Source: an uncultured Gemmatimonadales bacterium (lineage in GTDB: Bacteria; Gemmatimonadota; Gemmatimonadetes; Gemmatimonadales; GWC2-71-9). From it: a stretch of DNA of 64,000 bases. The notes below the pieces were generated by a model. It made no database searches, was not told the origin of the DNA, and saw nothing but the letters and a program-made list of their open reading frames with translations. Of this stretch, positions 1 through 10,092 are shown piece after piece. Position numbers and translations under genes: made by a program. Where the stretch lies: NCBI GenBank assembly GCA_963815515.1, contig CAWFGP010000001.1, positions 1,070,133 through 1,134,132 of the forward strand, read 5' to 3'. Each line of letters starts with the position of its first letter. Position 1 is the first letter of the stretch.

Positions 1-1176
1 GGTGTCGCCCCACAGGTGCTTCTCGGATCCCGGCTCGACCAGGTGCACCACGATCCGCACCCGCTGCCCGGCCTTCCGCACGCTGCCTTCCAGGATGGCC
101 CCCACGCCGAGCTCCTGCGCGATCGACGTGATCTTCTTGGTCGTCTTCTTGTACTGCATGGAGGACGTCCGGGAGATCACCTTGAGCGCGCTGATCTTGG
201 AGAGCTGGGCGATGATGTCGTCGGTGATCCCGTCGCTGAAGTACTCGTTCTCCGGGTCGGTGCTCATGTTCTCGAACGGGAGGACCGCCACCGACTTCGC
301 GGCGACGACCTCCTTGACCATGGCCTGTGCCGCCCCCACCGCGATGTCGACGGTCGCCGGCGTGCCCAGCGCTTCGGCGAACTGGGCAGCCGAGGTGTAA
401 CGATCGGCCGGCAGGGTGGCCATCGCCTTTCTCACCGCCGCGTCCACCGCTTCGGGCACCAGCTCGCGGAAGGCGCGTGGTGACGGCACGGGTCCGCTCA
501 ACCGGTTGGCGATGACGGCCATCACCGTCGACCCCCGGAAGGGTGGCTCCCCCACCAGCATTTCGAAGAGGACGCCGCCCAGGCTGTAGATGTCGCTGCG
601 GCCGTCGAGGTGCTCGAGACCTTCGACTTGCTCGGGGCTCATGTACGTGGGCGTGCCGACGATGTGCCCGGTCGAGGACTCTCCGGCGCCCATGGCGCGC
701 GCGATGCCGAAATCCGCCACGAGTGCGTGCCCCGCATCCAGCAGGATGTTGGCCGGCTTGATATCCCGATGCACCACGTTGCAGCTGTGCGCGTAGCTGA
801 GGGCGTCGGCCACCTCGCGCGCGATCCGGAGCGCGTCGCCAACGGGGAGCTGGCGTTCCCGGGTGAGGCGGTGGCGCAGGGTCTCGCCCTCGATGTAGGG
901 CATGACGTAGTAGACCAGCCCATCGGTCTGGTCCGAATCGTACAGCGGCAGGATATGGGGATGGTGGAGCCGGGCGGCGATTTGAATCTCACGCAGGAAC
1001 CGCGCTGGTCCAACCTCCGCGGCCAGCTCGGGGCGAAGCACCTTCACGGCCACTGCGCGCTCGTACTTGAGGTCGTGGGCCAGGAAGACTCTCGCCATCC
1101 CGCCCTGCCCCAGTTCCCGCTGGATCCTGTAGCGGGCGGCGAGCGCGCCGCTGAGGCGTTCGAGCAGCTCCACCAT
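1..1176 (-). CDS. Hanks-type Ser/Thr protein kinase with TolB-like C-terminal domain (runs off window start)
   Basis: Manual translation from ATG at 1176: MVELLERLSGALAARYRIQRELGQGGMA, VAVKVL, HRDIKPANILL, DFGIARA, GTPTYMSPEQ, then SVAVLPFENMS..EYFSDGITDDII. GGAG lies upstream. Absent from the ORF track because it is truncated. Confidence 0.93.
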   Translation of the reverse strand, partial: MVELLERLSGALAARYRIQRELGQGGMARVFLAHDLKYERAVAVKVLRPELAAEVGPARFLREIQIAARLHHPHILPLYDSDQTDGLVYYVMPYIEGETLRHRLTRERQLPVGDALRIAREVADALSYAHSCNVVHRDIKPANILLDAGHALVADFGIARAMGAGESSTGHIVGTPTYMSPEQVEGLEHLDGRSDIYSLGGVLFEMLVGEPPFRGSTVMAVIANRLSGPVPSPRAFRELVPEAVDAAVRKAMATLPADRYTSAAQFAEALGTPATVDIAVGAAQAMVKEVVAAKSVAVLPFENMSTDPENEYFSDGITDDIIAQLSKISALKVISRTSSMQYKKTTKKITSIAQELGVGAILEGSVRKAGQRVRIVVHLVEPGSEKHLWGDT

Positions 1177-1415
1177 GATCGCCCAACTCCACCAGGCGCC
1201 GATAGCCTGGCCAGTTGCGAGGTGACTCCGCCGCGCCGGTCAAACTGAGCCAAGGCCATGCACGGCCGACAATCCGGGCTCCGCCGTTTTATCGGGTATG
1301 TGGCCAATATAGGGGCAATCCTGAGTGTCGCCAGATCGACGTCCGCGGCGGATCGGCCGCGCGAGGTGCCAACGTCGATTTGCAACGCTCGCCCGAGGCG
1401 GATCTCGCCGGCCCT

Positions 1416-1751
1416 CTAGCTCGCCACCGTGCTGGCTGGCGGCTGGGTGGCCGCCGGGCTCGCCGCCGGCTCCGGCTTGCGCCGCGCATCCACCAGCCCC
1501 TCCAGCCGGGTGACCTCGGCCACGAGATCATCCAGGCGGACGAACAGCGCGTCGATCCGGCGCGGCTCGACCTCGCCGCCGCGCTCCCGGCGATAGACCA
1601 GCAGCCCGAGATCCCGGGCGGCATTGTCGCGCCGCTTGCGCGCGCGCATGAGCTCGATCTGCAGCTTGCCCTCGTCGAGGGCGGCCTGCGCCTTCTTGCC
1701 AATCGCCTCGAGCTCGTGGTTGAGGCGGTCGAACAGCGTGGAATTGGACAT
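1416..1751 (-). CDS. hypothetical helical/coiled-coil protein
   Basis: ORF 1416..1814; likely start MSNSTLFDRL at 1751 after GGAGG; amphipathic helical sequence. Confidence 0.7.
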   Translation of the reverse strand: MSNSTLFDRLNHELEAIGKKAQAALDEGKLQIELMRARKRRDNAARDLGLLVYRRERGGEVEPRRIDALFVRLDDLVAEVTRLEGLVDARRKPEPAASPAATQPPASTVAS

Positions 1752-1816
1752 CGAGTCCTCCGGAGAGTCGTGGAACCGCCCGGCGCAGAGGCCGGACCTC
1801 CGTGAATCATACACGC

Positions 1817-1850
1817 AAAAAAGCGGGGCGTGGCTCTCGCCACGCCCCGC
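1817..1850 (-). terminator. intrinsic terminator of rplU-rpmA
   Basis: Perfect 12-bp stem GCGGGGCGTGGC/GCCACGCCCCGC, 4-nt loop, then T6 on the minus strand, 20 nt after the rpmA stop. Confidence 0.9.
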
Positions 1851-1870
1851 GCGCCAATGCTTCGAGCGGA

Positions 1871-2143
1871 TCAGCCCGCCGCGACCTCGACGACCGGGTA
1901 CACCGACACCTTCTGCCGGTCCTTGTCCTTGAACTCGAACTTCACGACGCCGTCGACGAGCGCGAACAGCGTGTCGTCGTTGGCTCGCCGAACGTTCTTG
2001 CCGGCATGGAACCTGGTGCCGCGCTGCCGCACCAGGATGTTCCCCGCCACCACCTGCTCGCCACCGTACCGCTTGATGCCGAGATACTGGGGGTTGCTGG
2101 TCCGGCCGTTCCGGCTGGAGCCTACGCCCTTCTTGTGTGCCAT
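1871..2143 (-). CDS. rpmA: 50S ribosomal protein L27
   Basis: [33 protein letters not shown]. Confidence 0.98.
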   Translation of the reverse strand: MAHKKGVGSSRNGRTSNPQYLGIKRYGGEQVVAGNILVRQRGTRFHAGKNVRRANDDTLFALVDGVVKFEFKDKDRQKVSVYPVVEVAAG

Positions 2144-2150
2144 GTGCGCC

Positions 2151-2465
2151 TCAGCCGAGCTTGACGTCGGTGATGCGGACTTCGGTGAACTTCTGCCGAT
2201 GCCCGGTCTTGCGGCGGTAGTTCTTCCGCCGCTTGAACTTGAACACGTAGATCTTGGGCTCCTTGCCCACGCCCACGACCTCCGCCTCGACGCTGGCGCC
2301 GGCCACGAGCGGCGTGCCGGCGCGGATGGTCTCTCCGTCCGAGGAGAGCAGCACCTCGTCGAAGGTGACCTTGGCGCCCGCCTCGGCGTGCATGAGGGGA
2401 AGGCGGAGGGTCTTGCCCTTCTCGGCCCGGAACTGCTTGCCCAAGGCCCGGAAAATCGCGTACAT
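2151..2465 (-). CDS. rplU: 50S ribosomal protein L21
   Basis: [32 protein letters not shown]; directly upstream of rpmA. Confidence 0.97.
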   Translation of the reverse strand: MYAIFRALGKQFRAEKGKTLRLPLMHAEAGAKVTFDEVLLSSDGETIRAGTPLVAGASVEAEVVGVGKEPKIYVFKFKRRKNYRRKTGHRQKFTEVRITDVKLG

Positions 2466-2506
2466 GAGGTGCCTGTGTCCTAGGTTAGCCACGATGTTAG
2501 CCTGTA

Positions 2507-2535
2507 AACATAGGCTGTGGTTGCGGTTGAGGCAA
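2507..2535 (-). promoter_or_regulatory. putative sigma-70 promoter of rplU-rpmA
   Basis: TTGCCT-17 nt-TATGTT on the minus strand, about 40 nt upstream of the rplU ATG. Confidence 0.55.
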
Positions 2536-2540
2536 GGGGC

Positions 2541-2591
2541 GGACGGTCGGACGGTCGGATGGTCGGACGGTCGGATGGTCGGACGGTCGGA
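2541..2591. repeat. tandem octamer array (GGAYGGTC)x6
   Basis: Read directly: ggacggtc ggacggtc ggatggtc ggacggtc ggatggtc ggacggtc gga. Confidence 0.95.
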
Positions 2592-2624
2592 ACGTAAGCC
2601 AGCCGGGTGCTCCAGCCGCGCGGT

Positions 2625-2692
2625 CGTCACCCTGAGCGCAGCGAAGGGGGCATGCGTCGGCTCGTGCCCCCTTCGCTGCGCTCAGGGTGACG
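2625..2692. repeat. CGTC-tagged REP-like palindrome
   Basis: 28-bp perfect inverted repeat CGTCACCCTGAGCGCAGCGAAGGGGGCA...TGCCCCCTTCGCTGCGCTCAGGGTGACG; related copies at 40113, 46224 and 50047. Confidence 0.9.
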
Positions 2693-2720
2693 CGCTCTAA
2701 CACTCGCGAACCTTCCAACT

Positions 2721-2816
2721 GACCGTCTGACCGTCTGACCGTCTGACCGTCTGACCGTCTGACCGTCCGACCGTCCGACCGTCCGACCGTCCGACCGTCC
2801 GACCGTCCGACCGTCC
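2721..2816. repeat. tandem octamer array (GACCGTCT)x5(GACCGTCC)x7, inverted relative to 2541-2591
   Basis: Read directly; abuts the ribonuclease stop codon at 2817. Confidence 0.95.
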
Positions 2817-4529
2817 TCACGCCACCGCGTACAGCTCCGTCACGTCCCTGCCCGCCGGCCGGCTCATCAGGCGGAATTCGTCGAGCCGCATCATGGGGTC
2901 GTCGCGGAGCTCGAGGTCGAGGCTGGTCAGTTTGGAGAGGGTTTGCAGAAGCTTGGGCTCCTCCTCTAGCAGGTAGAGCGCCACCTCCGGATGAAGCCGG
3001 ACGGTCAGCTGCCGTTCCCGGTGCTCGTGGCCTGCCCGCTTGAGGGCCCGCTCCAGCCGCCGCGCCACCACCTCGGGGGTGAAGACGCGGCCGGTCGCCC
3101 CGCAGGTGGGACAGTCGGTGGTCATCGAGTGCCACAGCGACGGTCGTACCCGCTGCCGGGTCATCTCCACCAAGCCGAGCTCGGAGACGGCCAGGGCCTT
3201 GGTCCGGGCCCGGTCGCGGCCGAGATGGGTGCGCAGCTCCTGGAGCACCTTGTCGCGGTTGGAGCGGGTCTCCATGTCGATGAAGTCGCACACGATGATG
3301 CCACCGATGTCCCGCAGCCGGATCTGCCGGGCGATCTCGCGCGCGGCCTCCAGGTTGGTGCGGAGGATGGTCTTCTCCGGATCCTTCTTCCCGGTGTAAC
3401 GGCCGGTGTTGACGTCGATGCTGACGAGCGCCTCGGTCGGCTGGACGATCAGCGAGCCTCCCGTGGGCAGCTCCACCCGGGCCTTGAACAGCTCCCGGAT
3501 CTCGGACTCGATGTCGAACTTGTCGAACAGCGGGGTGGGCTCGGTGTACATGTGCACGCGGCCGATGAGCTCGGGATCGATCTGGCTGAGGTACTGCTCG
3601 ATCTCGTTGTAGAGCTCGCGCGAGTCGACGTGGAGCGCGTCCACCTTCGCGCTGAACAGGTCGCGGATGATGCCTCGCGTCAGGCTGGTCTCGCGCTGCA
3701 ACAGCGCCGGCGCCCGCCGGACGAAGGTCTTCTTCCGGTTGATCTTCCGCCAGAGCGCGAGGAGCGAGTCGATCTCCCGCTGGAAGTGCTCCTCGGTGAC
3801 GCCTTCGGCCACCGTGCGCACGATGACGCCGCCCGAGTCCTTGGGCAGGATCTTGGTGACCATCTCGCGCAGCTTGGACCGCTGCTCGCGGCTTTCGATC
3901 TTCCGGCTGACCCCCACCTTCGAGGCGTAGGGCATATAGACCAGGAAGCGGCCCGGGAGGGAGATCTGGGCGGTGACCCGGCAGCCCTTGGTGCTGATCG
4001 GCTCCTTGGTGACCTGGACGGGGAGGGTCTGGCCCTTCTTGAGGATGTCCTGAATGTTCGGGACGGCGCGTCGCGGGGAGATCTCTCGCTGGCGAGCCTC
4101 GCCCGCGTTGGGGGCGCGCTCGGTGGCCGCCGCGCCGCCAATGGGCCGCCCGCGGCGGCGGCGGTCACGCCCCCGCCATCCGCTCTTGCGCTCGCCTTGT
4201 CCCTCTTCGGCCGGCGCCGCCTCGGATGCCTCGGCCGAGGGAGGATCGGCCTCGGCTTCATCGTCGGCCTCGGCGTCCTCGCCGGGATCCTCGTCCTCGT
4301 CAGGCTCGAGGAGGTCGGAGGCGTGCAGGAAGGCGCTCTTCTCGAGGCCGATGTCGACGAACGCCGCCTGGATGCCCGGCAACACCGCCTCGACCCGTCC
4401 GAGGTAGATGTCGCCGACCGTGCGGCGATGGTCGGGGCGGTCGACGAGAAGCTCGACAAGGCGGTCGTCTTCGAGGATCGCCACGCGGGTTTCCCGCTGG
4501 CTTCCGTTGATCAGGATCTCGCGCTTCAA
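2817..4529 (-). CDS. rng: Rne/Rng family ribonuclease (RNase E/G)
   Basis: VGDIYLGRVEAVLPGIQAAFVDIG (S1), QVTKEPISTKG, IDVNTG, LRDIGGIIVCDFIDM, CPTC zinc link; TTG start. Confidence 0.93.
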   Translation of the reverse strand: MKREILINGSQRETRVAILEDDRLVELLVDRPDHRRTVGDIYLGRVEAVLPGIQAAFVDIGLEKSAFLHASDLLEPDEDEDPGEDAEADDEAEADPPSAEASEAAPAEEGQGERKSGWRGRDRRRRGRPIGGAAATERAPNAGEARQREISPRRAVPNIQDILKKGQTLPVQVTKEPISTKGCRVTAQISLPGRFLVYMPYASKVGVSRKIESREQRSKLREMVTKILPKDSGGVIVRTVAEGVTEEHFQREIDSLLALWRKINRKKTFVRRAPALLQRETSLTRGIIRDLFSAKVDALHVDSRELYNEIEQYLSQIDPELIGRVHMYTEPTPLFDKFDIESEIRELFKARVELPTGGSLIVQPTEALVSIDVNTGRYTGKKDPEKTILRTNLEAAREIARQIRLRDIGGIIVCDFIDMETRSNRDKVLQELRTHLGRDRARTKALAVSELGLVEMTRQRVRPSLWHSMTTDCPTCGATGRVFTPEVVARRLERALKRAGHEHRERQLTVRLHPEVALYLLEEEPKLLQTLSKLTSLDLELRDDPMMRLDEFRLMSRPAGRDVTELYAVA

Positions 4530-4688
4530 GTGATGACCTCAGCCACGGAGGGGCGCCGTGAATGCGCTCCCGAAACCGCTTGCCGCGGCATGCCTGGGAA
4601 TGGACTTCGGTCTTGCAGCAACGCGCCGACCCGGGGGCGCGCCCGGAATCTGCCGGGCCCGCGAGACGGCGCGTCAGCACTCGTGCCA

Positions 4689-4717
4689 ATTATATGTCGC
4701 GTCGAAGCTTAGGGCAA
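4689..4717 (-). promoter_or_regulatory. sigma-70 promoter of the rne/rng gene
   Basis: TTGCCC-17 nt-TATAAT on the minus strand; implies a leader of about 150 nt. Confidence 0.7.
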
Positions 4718-4718
4718 C

Positions 4719-5936
4719 TCAATCCACCACCTGGCCGAGGATCTGCCGGGCGATGACCAACCGCTGGATCTCGCTCGTCCCCTCCCCGATCTCGCAGACC
4801 TTGGCGTCCCGCATCATCCGCTCGACCGGATAGTCGGTGGTGTAACCATATCCGCCGAAGATCTGGACCGCCTTGGTGGTGCTCCGCATGGCCAGCTCGG
4901 AACAGAAGAGCTTGGCCATGGCCGCCTCCTTCTTGAACGGCTTGCCGTTCTGCTTGAGCCAGGCGGCGTGATACAGGAGGTGGGTGCCGGCCTCGATCTC
5001 CATGGCCATATCGGCCAGCTGGAAATTGACCCCCTGAAAGCTGCCGATGAGGCGGCCGAACTGCTTCCGGACGCCGGCGTAGCGGAGCGCCTCCTCGTAG
5101 GCGCCCTCCGCGATGCCGAGCGAGAGCGCCGCGATCCCGATGCGCCCCCCATCGAGCGTCTTGAGAAAGTTGATGAACCCATAGCCCAGCTGTCCGAGCA
5201 CGTTCTCCTTGGGGACCACCGCGTCCTCGAAGATGAGCTCGCGGGTGTCGCTCGCGCGCCAGCCCATCTTGTCTTCCTTCTTCCCGGCGCGGACACCGGA
5301 CGTCTTGGGCAGGTCCGCGGCATGGCCCACGCCGAGCCGGCCGGCCTCCGCGAGGTCCACCGTGTCCTTGGTCACGATGAAGCTGGTGATTCCCTTGTTG
5401 CCGCGGCCGCCCTCGGTCCGGGCGGTGACCGAGAAGATCTCGCCAACGCCGGCGTGGGTGATGAAGATCTTCGAGCCGTTGAGCAGGTAGTGATCGCCCT
5501 TGTCGACGGCGGTCGTGGCGGTGCCGCCGGCATCGCTGCCCGCGCCCGGCTCGGTGAGCCCGAAGCCGCCGAGCACGCGCCCGCCCGCGAGCAGCGGCAC
5601 GTAGCGCCGCTTCTGCTCCTCGGTGCCGAACTCGACGATCGGCGAAGTGCCGAGGTTGGTGTGGGCGCTGATGGTGAGCGCGTGGCTCGCGTCCACCTTG
5701 GCCATCTCGTGGATGGTGATGTAGTACGAGAGCTGGTCCATCCCGGCGCCGCCGAGCTCATCGCTCCAGGGCACGCCCAGCAGGCCCAGCTCGCCCATCG
5801 CCTTGATGTTGTCCCAGGGAAAGGTCGAGGTGCGGTCCAGCTCGCGGGCGACCGGCGCGATCTGCGTCCGCGAAAACTCGCGAACCATCTCTCGGACCTG
5901 GTGATGGTGCTCGGTGAAGTAGAGCGAATCGTCCAT
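4719..5936 (-). CDS. acyl-CoA dehydrogenase (short/branched-chain type)
   Basis: [59 protein letters not shown]; start MDDSLYF. Confidence 0.93.
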   Translation of the reverse strand: MDDSLYFTEHHHQVREMVREFSRTQIAPVARELDRTSTFPWDNIKAMGELGLLGVPWSDELGGAGMDQLSYYITIHEMAKVDASHALTISAHTNLGTSPIVEFGTEEQKRRYVPLLAGGRVLGGFGLTEPGAGSDAGGTATTAVDKGDHYLLNGSKIFITHAGVGEIFSVTARTEGGRGNKGITSFIVTKDTVDLAEAGRLGVGHAADLPKTSGVRAGKKEDKMGWRASDTRELIFEDAVVPKENVLGQLGYGFINFLKTLDGGRIGIAALSLGIAEGAYEEALRYAGVRKQFGRLIGSFQGVNFQLADMAMEIEAGTHLLYHAAWLKQNGKPFKKEAAMAKLFCSELAMRSTTKAVQIFGGYGYTTDYPVERMMRDAKVCEIGEGTSEIQRLVIARQILGQVVD

Positions 5937-5980
5937 GGAAGCGACCGGGAGAGTATGAGGTGACGAATATAGGCCGGCGG

Positions 5981-7867
5981 TCAGCGCTCGGCGTCGGTCA
6001 GCGTGTGCAGAAGATAATGGTCGGGCGGGTGGGCCGCGATCAACCTGAGAAGCGCCTCGCCGTGCTTGGCGAGGGTACGGGGGCCGAGACCCGGCATTGC
6101 GGCGAGGGCACGACCATCCCGCAGGTCGCAGGTGGCGAGCGCGTCGAGGGTGGCGTTTCGGAGCACGACGTAGCCGGGCACTCCAAGACCGCTGGCGACG
6201 CCGTCGCGCCAGCGCTCCAGGGCCTGTCGGCGAGAGCCTTCCTGCGTGCGGCGCGCGGTCCGCATCGAGACGCCGGGCGCGCCAGGGGTCGCCCCGTGCA
6301 GCGCCCCGAGAATCGCCCCGCCCCAACGCTCCGCGAGCGCGCTCCCGACCCCTGGCACGTCGGCCAGCGCGCCCGGGTCGGCCGGGGGCTGCCGGGCAAG
6401 CGCGACCATGACCTCGGGCTCCAGAATGGCCGCGCCCCACGGACCGGGCCTCGATGCGACCACCGCGCGCAGCCGGGTCAGTCGCGCCGACACCTCCGGC
6501 TCGGCCGGCACCGGCACGGACCGGCGGCCGCAGCGGTCGCAGCCGGAGCAGCGCTCGAGCCGCTCCCCGAAGTACTCGAGCAGCGCCCGCCGCCGGCACC
6601 CTCGTCCCCTCGCGTATTCCTCCACCGCCCCGATCCGCCGCTCGGCGCGGCGGCGGCGGTCGGCGACCACCGACCAATCCACGGCGCCGCGCTCCGGCTT
6701 GAGCTCATGCCGCAGGCGTTCCGCGGAAGCGCGCACGTTGGCGGCGACGCCCGGGCAGCGCTCGCCGTCCCGCCAGAGGCGCTCGAGCAGGGCGCGCGGC
6801 GGGAACGTGACGTCGAGCTGACGCCGGTGGAGCACGGCGTCCCCGGCGCGCCAGAGCAGGACGCAGCGGGCGAACTCGCCATCGCGTCCGGCGCGGCCCG
6901 CTTCCTGGTAATACGCCTCGGGTGTGGGCGGCAACGTCCAGTGAACCACCAGTCGGATCCGGGGCTTGTCGATGCCCATGCCGAAGGCGCAGGTGGCGAT
7001 GATGACGTCCAGCCGGTCGTCGAGGAAGGCCTCGAGCGTCCGGCTCCGCCGCTCCCGCGTGAGGCCGGCGTGGTAGGGCGCGGCGCGGTGCCCGGCCTGC
7101 GCGAGCGCCCGCGCGATGGCCTCGGTGACGCTCCTGGTCGGGGCGTAGACGATTGCCATCCGGTCGTCGCCGGCGAGCAGGCGCACCAGCGCCTCCAGCC
7201 GCGCCCGCTCGCTGGCCACGGGGACGACGCCGAACCAGAGGTTGGCGCGATCGAACGAGCCGAGATGCTCGTCGAAGCGGCCGGGCCGAAAGCGGAGCGC
7301 GTGAGCGATGTCGCGGCGGACCTCGGGGGTGGCGCTCCCCGTCAGGGCGACGGCCGGCGGCCGGCCGAGCCGGTAGCGCGCCGCGCCCAGCGCTCGGTAG
7401 CTCGGCCGGAAATCGTGGCCCCACTCGGCGATGCAGTGCGCCTCGTCTACGGCGAGCAGGGCGAGGGTGATGCCCCGATCCTGGAGCTCGGGAGCCAACC
7501 GCGTGAGCCGCTCAGGCGAGACGTAGAGCAGCCGGAGGGACCCATCGGTGAGCCGGCGCCAGATGGCGTCCCGCTCCGCGTCTCCCACACTGCTGTGCAG
7601 CGCCGCGGCCGGGATGCCGCGGGCGGCCGCGGCCGCGACCTGATCCTGCATGAGGGCAATAAGCGGTGAGACGACGAGCGTGAGCCCGCCCGTCACCAGC
7701 GCCGGCACCTGGAAGCAGACCGATTTCCCTCCGCCCGTCGGCAGCACCGCAAGTGTATCCCGCCCGGCGAGCACCGAGGCGATGACCGGCCGCTGGGCCG
7801 GCCGGAAGTCGCCGTGGCCGAAATGGTGGCGCAGGAGGCGGCGGGCCTCGTCCATGGACGCGGACAT
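5981..7867 (-). CDS. recQ: RecQ family ATP-dependent DNA helicase with HRDC-like C-terminus
   Basis: [51 protein letters not shown]; start uncertain (7867 or 7855). Confidence 0.9.
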   Translation of the reverse strand: MSASMDEARRLLRHHFGHGDFRPAQRPVIASVLAGRDTLAVLPTGGGKSVCFQVPALVTGGLTLVVSPLIALMQDQVAAAAARGIPAAALHSSVGDAERDAIWRRLTDGSLRLLYVSPERLTRLAPELQDRGITLALLAVDEAHCIAEWGHDFRPSYRALGAARYRLGRPPAVALTGSATPEVRRDIAHALRFRPGRFDEHLGSFDRANLWFGVVPVASERARLEALVRLLAGDDRMAIVYAPTRSVTEAIARALAQAGHRAAPYHAGLTRERRSRTLEAFLDDRLDVIIATCAFGMGIDKPRIRLVVHWTLPPTPEAYYQEAGRAGRDGEFARCVLLWRAGDAVLHRRQLDVTFPPRALLERLWRDGERCPGVAANVRASAERLRHELKPERGAVDWSVVADRRRRAERRIGAVEEYARGRGCRRRALLEYFGERLERCSGCDRCGRRSVPVPAEPEVSARLTRLRAVVASRPGPWGAAILEPEVMVALARQPPADPGALADVPGVGSALAERWGGAILGALHGATPGAPGVSMRTARRTQEGSRRQALERWRDGVASGLGVPGYVVLRNATLDALATCDLRDGRALAAMPGLGPRTLAKHGEALLRLIAAHPPDHYLLHTLTDAER

Positions 7868-7986
7868 GGGGCGCCAAGATGCCCTGTCGCGTCGAGGTTG
7901 CCGCATCCCGGTGCCGCAGCGCGGATCCCGAACACGCATCGGCCGCCCCGCGGAGGCGAGGCGGCCGGTCGAACGGATATCGACGG

Positions 7987-8538
7987 TCAGTGGCCGCCGA
8001 AGCGCAGGCCGACAGTGATGGGGATGAACTTGATGCTGTTGCCCGAAGTGAACACGTCGTGGAAGCGGCCCTCGACGAACAGGCCTGTGCTGCCAGCCTT
8101 TATGTCGAAACCCGCGCCCGCGTTGATGCCGAATTTGGTCTGGGAGTCGTCGGTGCCTGGGAGGAGTCCGTCGCCCTTCGGCTTGAAGTTGTACACCCCA
8201 CCGCCGCCGATCAGGTACGGATGGAACCGGCTCTCCTCGGCGGTCTTGAACTTGTAGACGATGTTGGCGGTACCATAGATGAACTGATACTTGATATCTC
8301 GCGTATCATCCTTGAACTGTGAGTAGTTGCCATCGACCTGAATCCCAACCGGCCAGCTGGCCGGGACCACTGACACACCCGCGAGTCCGTGGAACCCGAG
8401 CTTCGCTGCGTCATCGAAGTCGCCCAGCGGGAGGTCCACTCCACCCCCGAGGGAGAACTCCGCGCCTTGAGCGTGCAGGGCCGACGTACTCACGAGCATC
8501 CCAAGGGCCATCGCCGCCACGGCCTTCGGTACCCACAT
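7987..8538 (-). CDS. outer-membrane beta-barrel protein
   Basis: AGGAGG RBS, signal peptide ending ALHA-Q, alternating beta strands, C-terminal ITVGLRF. Confidence 0.85.
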   Translation of the reverse strand: MWVPKAVAAMALGMLVSTSALHAQGAEFSLGGGVDLPLGDFDDAAKLGFHGLAGVSVVPASWPVGIQVDGNYSQFKDDTRDIKYQFIYGTANIVYKFKTAEESRFHPYLIGGGGVYNFKPKGDGLLPGTDDSQTKFGINAGAGFDIKAGSTGLFVEGRFHDVFTSGNSIKFIPITVGLRFGGH

Positions 8539-8702
8539 ACCGCTCCTCCTTGAGCCGGATTTCCGTGAAGCGGCGCATCGGGACCGATGCCCGCTGGGTT
8601 GCCCGTCAAGCCGGCGGGCCGTGGCAAAGTAGCGGAGATGGGGACCGAGCCATGTGAGGCGCGTCACAGCCGGGGAGCGGCCGTGGCGGACGCCGCGCGG
8701 GC

Positions 8703-8909
8703 TCACTCCTCCGGGGCGTTGCCGTCCTCCGCCGAGGCCTCCTCCGAACGTGCCCGCCGCTCGATCACTCGCACCAGCAGCGAGCCCGCGAGCAACGCGA
8801 TCGCACCCCACCCGAGCCGCTCGTCTTCGAACGCGACGGCGAGCAGCGCCACCGCGAACCCTCCCAGGGCCAGGCCGAGCCGCAAGTAGGTGACCGCGTG
8901 CCTGGCCAC
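8703..8909 (-). CDS. small two-TM hypothetical membrane protein
   Basis: 68-aa ORF with two hydrophobic stretches, 8 nt after the hydratase stop. Confidence 0.6.
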   Translation of the reverse strand: MARHAVTYLRLGLALGGFAVALLAVAFEDERLGWGAIALLAGSLLVRVIERRARSEEASAEDGNAPEE

Positions 8910-8917
8910 ACCTGGTC

Positions 8918-9685
8918 TCAGCGCTCGAGGAACTGCGTGATGGCCGCCCGGAAGTCGGGCGTCTGCCGGGCGAGCGCGTTGATCCGCGCGCCAAGCGCCA
9001 CGCCCTCGTCCACCGACCGGCCGTCCAACTGGTAGAAGAGCTGCTTGGTGAGGGCGATGGCTGAGGGGCTGGCGGCGGCGAGCGCATTGGCGAGCGTCGC
9101 CGCCTGCCGTTCGAGCTCGGCGTCGGGCACGACGCGGGCGACCAGGCCGGTGACGCGTGCCTCCTCGGCGCCGAGCAGGCGCCCGGTGAGGACGAGGTCC
9201 AGTGCGGCCTTCTCGCCCGCCGCGCGGCGCAGCAGGGTCATGACCATCGCGGGCACGAACCCGCGCAGGATCTCGGGGTAGCCGAGCTGCGCGCCCGCCC
9301 CTGCGACCGCAATGTCGCAGGCGGTGACCAGTCCGGCTCCGCCCGCGAGCGCACGGCCGTGTACCACCGCGACGACCGGTTTGGGCAGCGTCCGCATCCG
9401 CCCGAACAGGGCGCCCAGCCTGCGCGCCGTCGCCTCGTTCTCCGCCAGCGTCAGGTCGGCCGAAGCGAGCAGTTCGTCGAGGTCGGCACCGGCGCAGAAG
9501 TCCTTGCCCGCTCCGCGCAGCATGACGACTCGCACGTCCGCATCGAGGTCGGCCTGGTCCAGTGCGGCGTGCAGCGCCTCCACCATCGCCGCGCTGAGCG
9601 CGTTGCGCTTGTCCGGGCGGTCGAGCGTGAGGGTGAGCACCCCGTCCATCAGCGCCGACTGGAGGGGGACGGTGCCCTCGGTCAT
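8918..9685 (-). CDS. enoyl-CoA hydratase (methylglutaconyl-CoA hydratase-like)
   Basis: LDRPDKRNAL, FCAGADL, ALAGGAGL, PEILRG crotonase motifs. Confidence 0.9.
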   Translation of the reverse strand: MTEGTVPLQSALMDGVLTLTLDRPDKRNALSAAMVEALHAALDQADLDADVRVVMLRGAGKDFCAGADLDELLASADLTLAENEATARRLGALFGRMRTLPKPVVAVVHGRALAGGAGLVTACDIAVAGAGAQLGYPEILRGFVPAMVMTLLRRAAGEKAALDLVLTGRLLGAEEARVTGLVARVVPDAELERQAATLANALAAASPSAIALTKQLFYQLDGRSVDEGVALGARINALARQTPDFRAAITQFLER

Positions 9686-10092
9686 GCCCGGACCAGCCGG
9701 CGGGCGAGTGCCACCGGCACCGGGATCTCCATCCGGAGCAGCGCGGTCGAATAGACCTTGCCCTGGGCGTCGGTCTTGAGCGAGATCGTGCCGCCTCCGT
9801 CGAGCGCCTCGTGCAGCAGGAAATTGAGCGCGTGCAGATTGGGCAGCTCGAACCGATCGACGCCGTTCACCATGCCCTTGAAATGGCGGGCCACCCGCGA
9901 CACCGTCACCTCGCGTACCAGGATGGGGTAGAGCTCGGGCTCGAGCGCGATCAGGCCGACGTTGGCCGTGTTGCCCTTGTCGCCCGAGCGCGCATGGGCC
10001 AGGTAGCGTAGCTGGAGCGGACGAACGGCGCCGGAACGCGCACGCTTGGCGGCGGACCCGGCGGGGCGCTTGACGGATTTGGCCACGGTCAT
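9682..10092 (-). CDS. AtuA-related C-terminal domain protein
   Basis: [35 protein letters not shown]; ATGA overlaps at both ends. Confidence 0.85.
   Translation of the reverse strand: MTVAKSVKRPAGSAAKRARSGAVRPLQLRYLAHARSGDKGNTANVGLIALEPELYPILVREVTVSRVARHFKGMVNGVDRFELPNLHALNFLLHEALDGGGTISLKTDAQGKVYSTALLRMEIPVPVALARRLVRA

Noticed and set aside
2466-2630. N-terminal extension of L21 from the ORF track
   Set aside because: It translates the promoter and octamer repeat; L21 homology begins at MYAIF (2465).
2541-2816. CRISPR array
   Set aside because: Units are contiguous 8-mers with no unique spacers, and there are no cas genes in the window.
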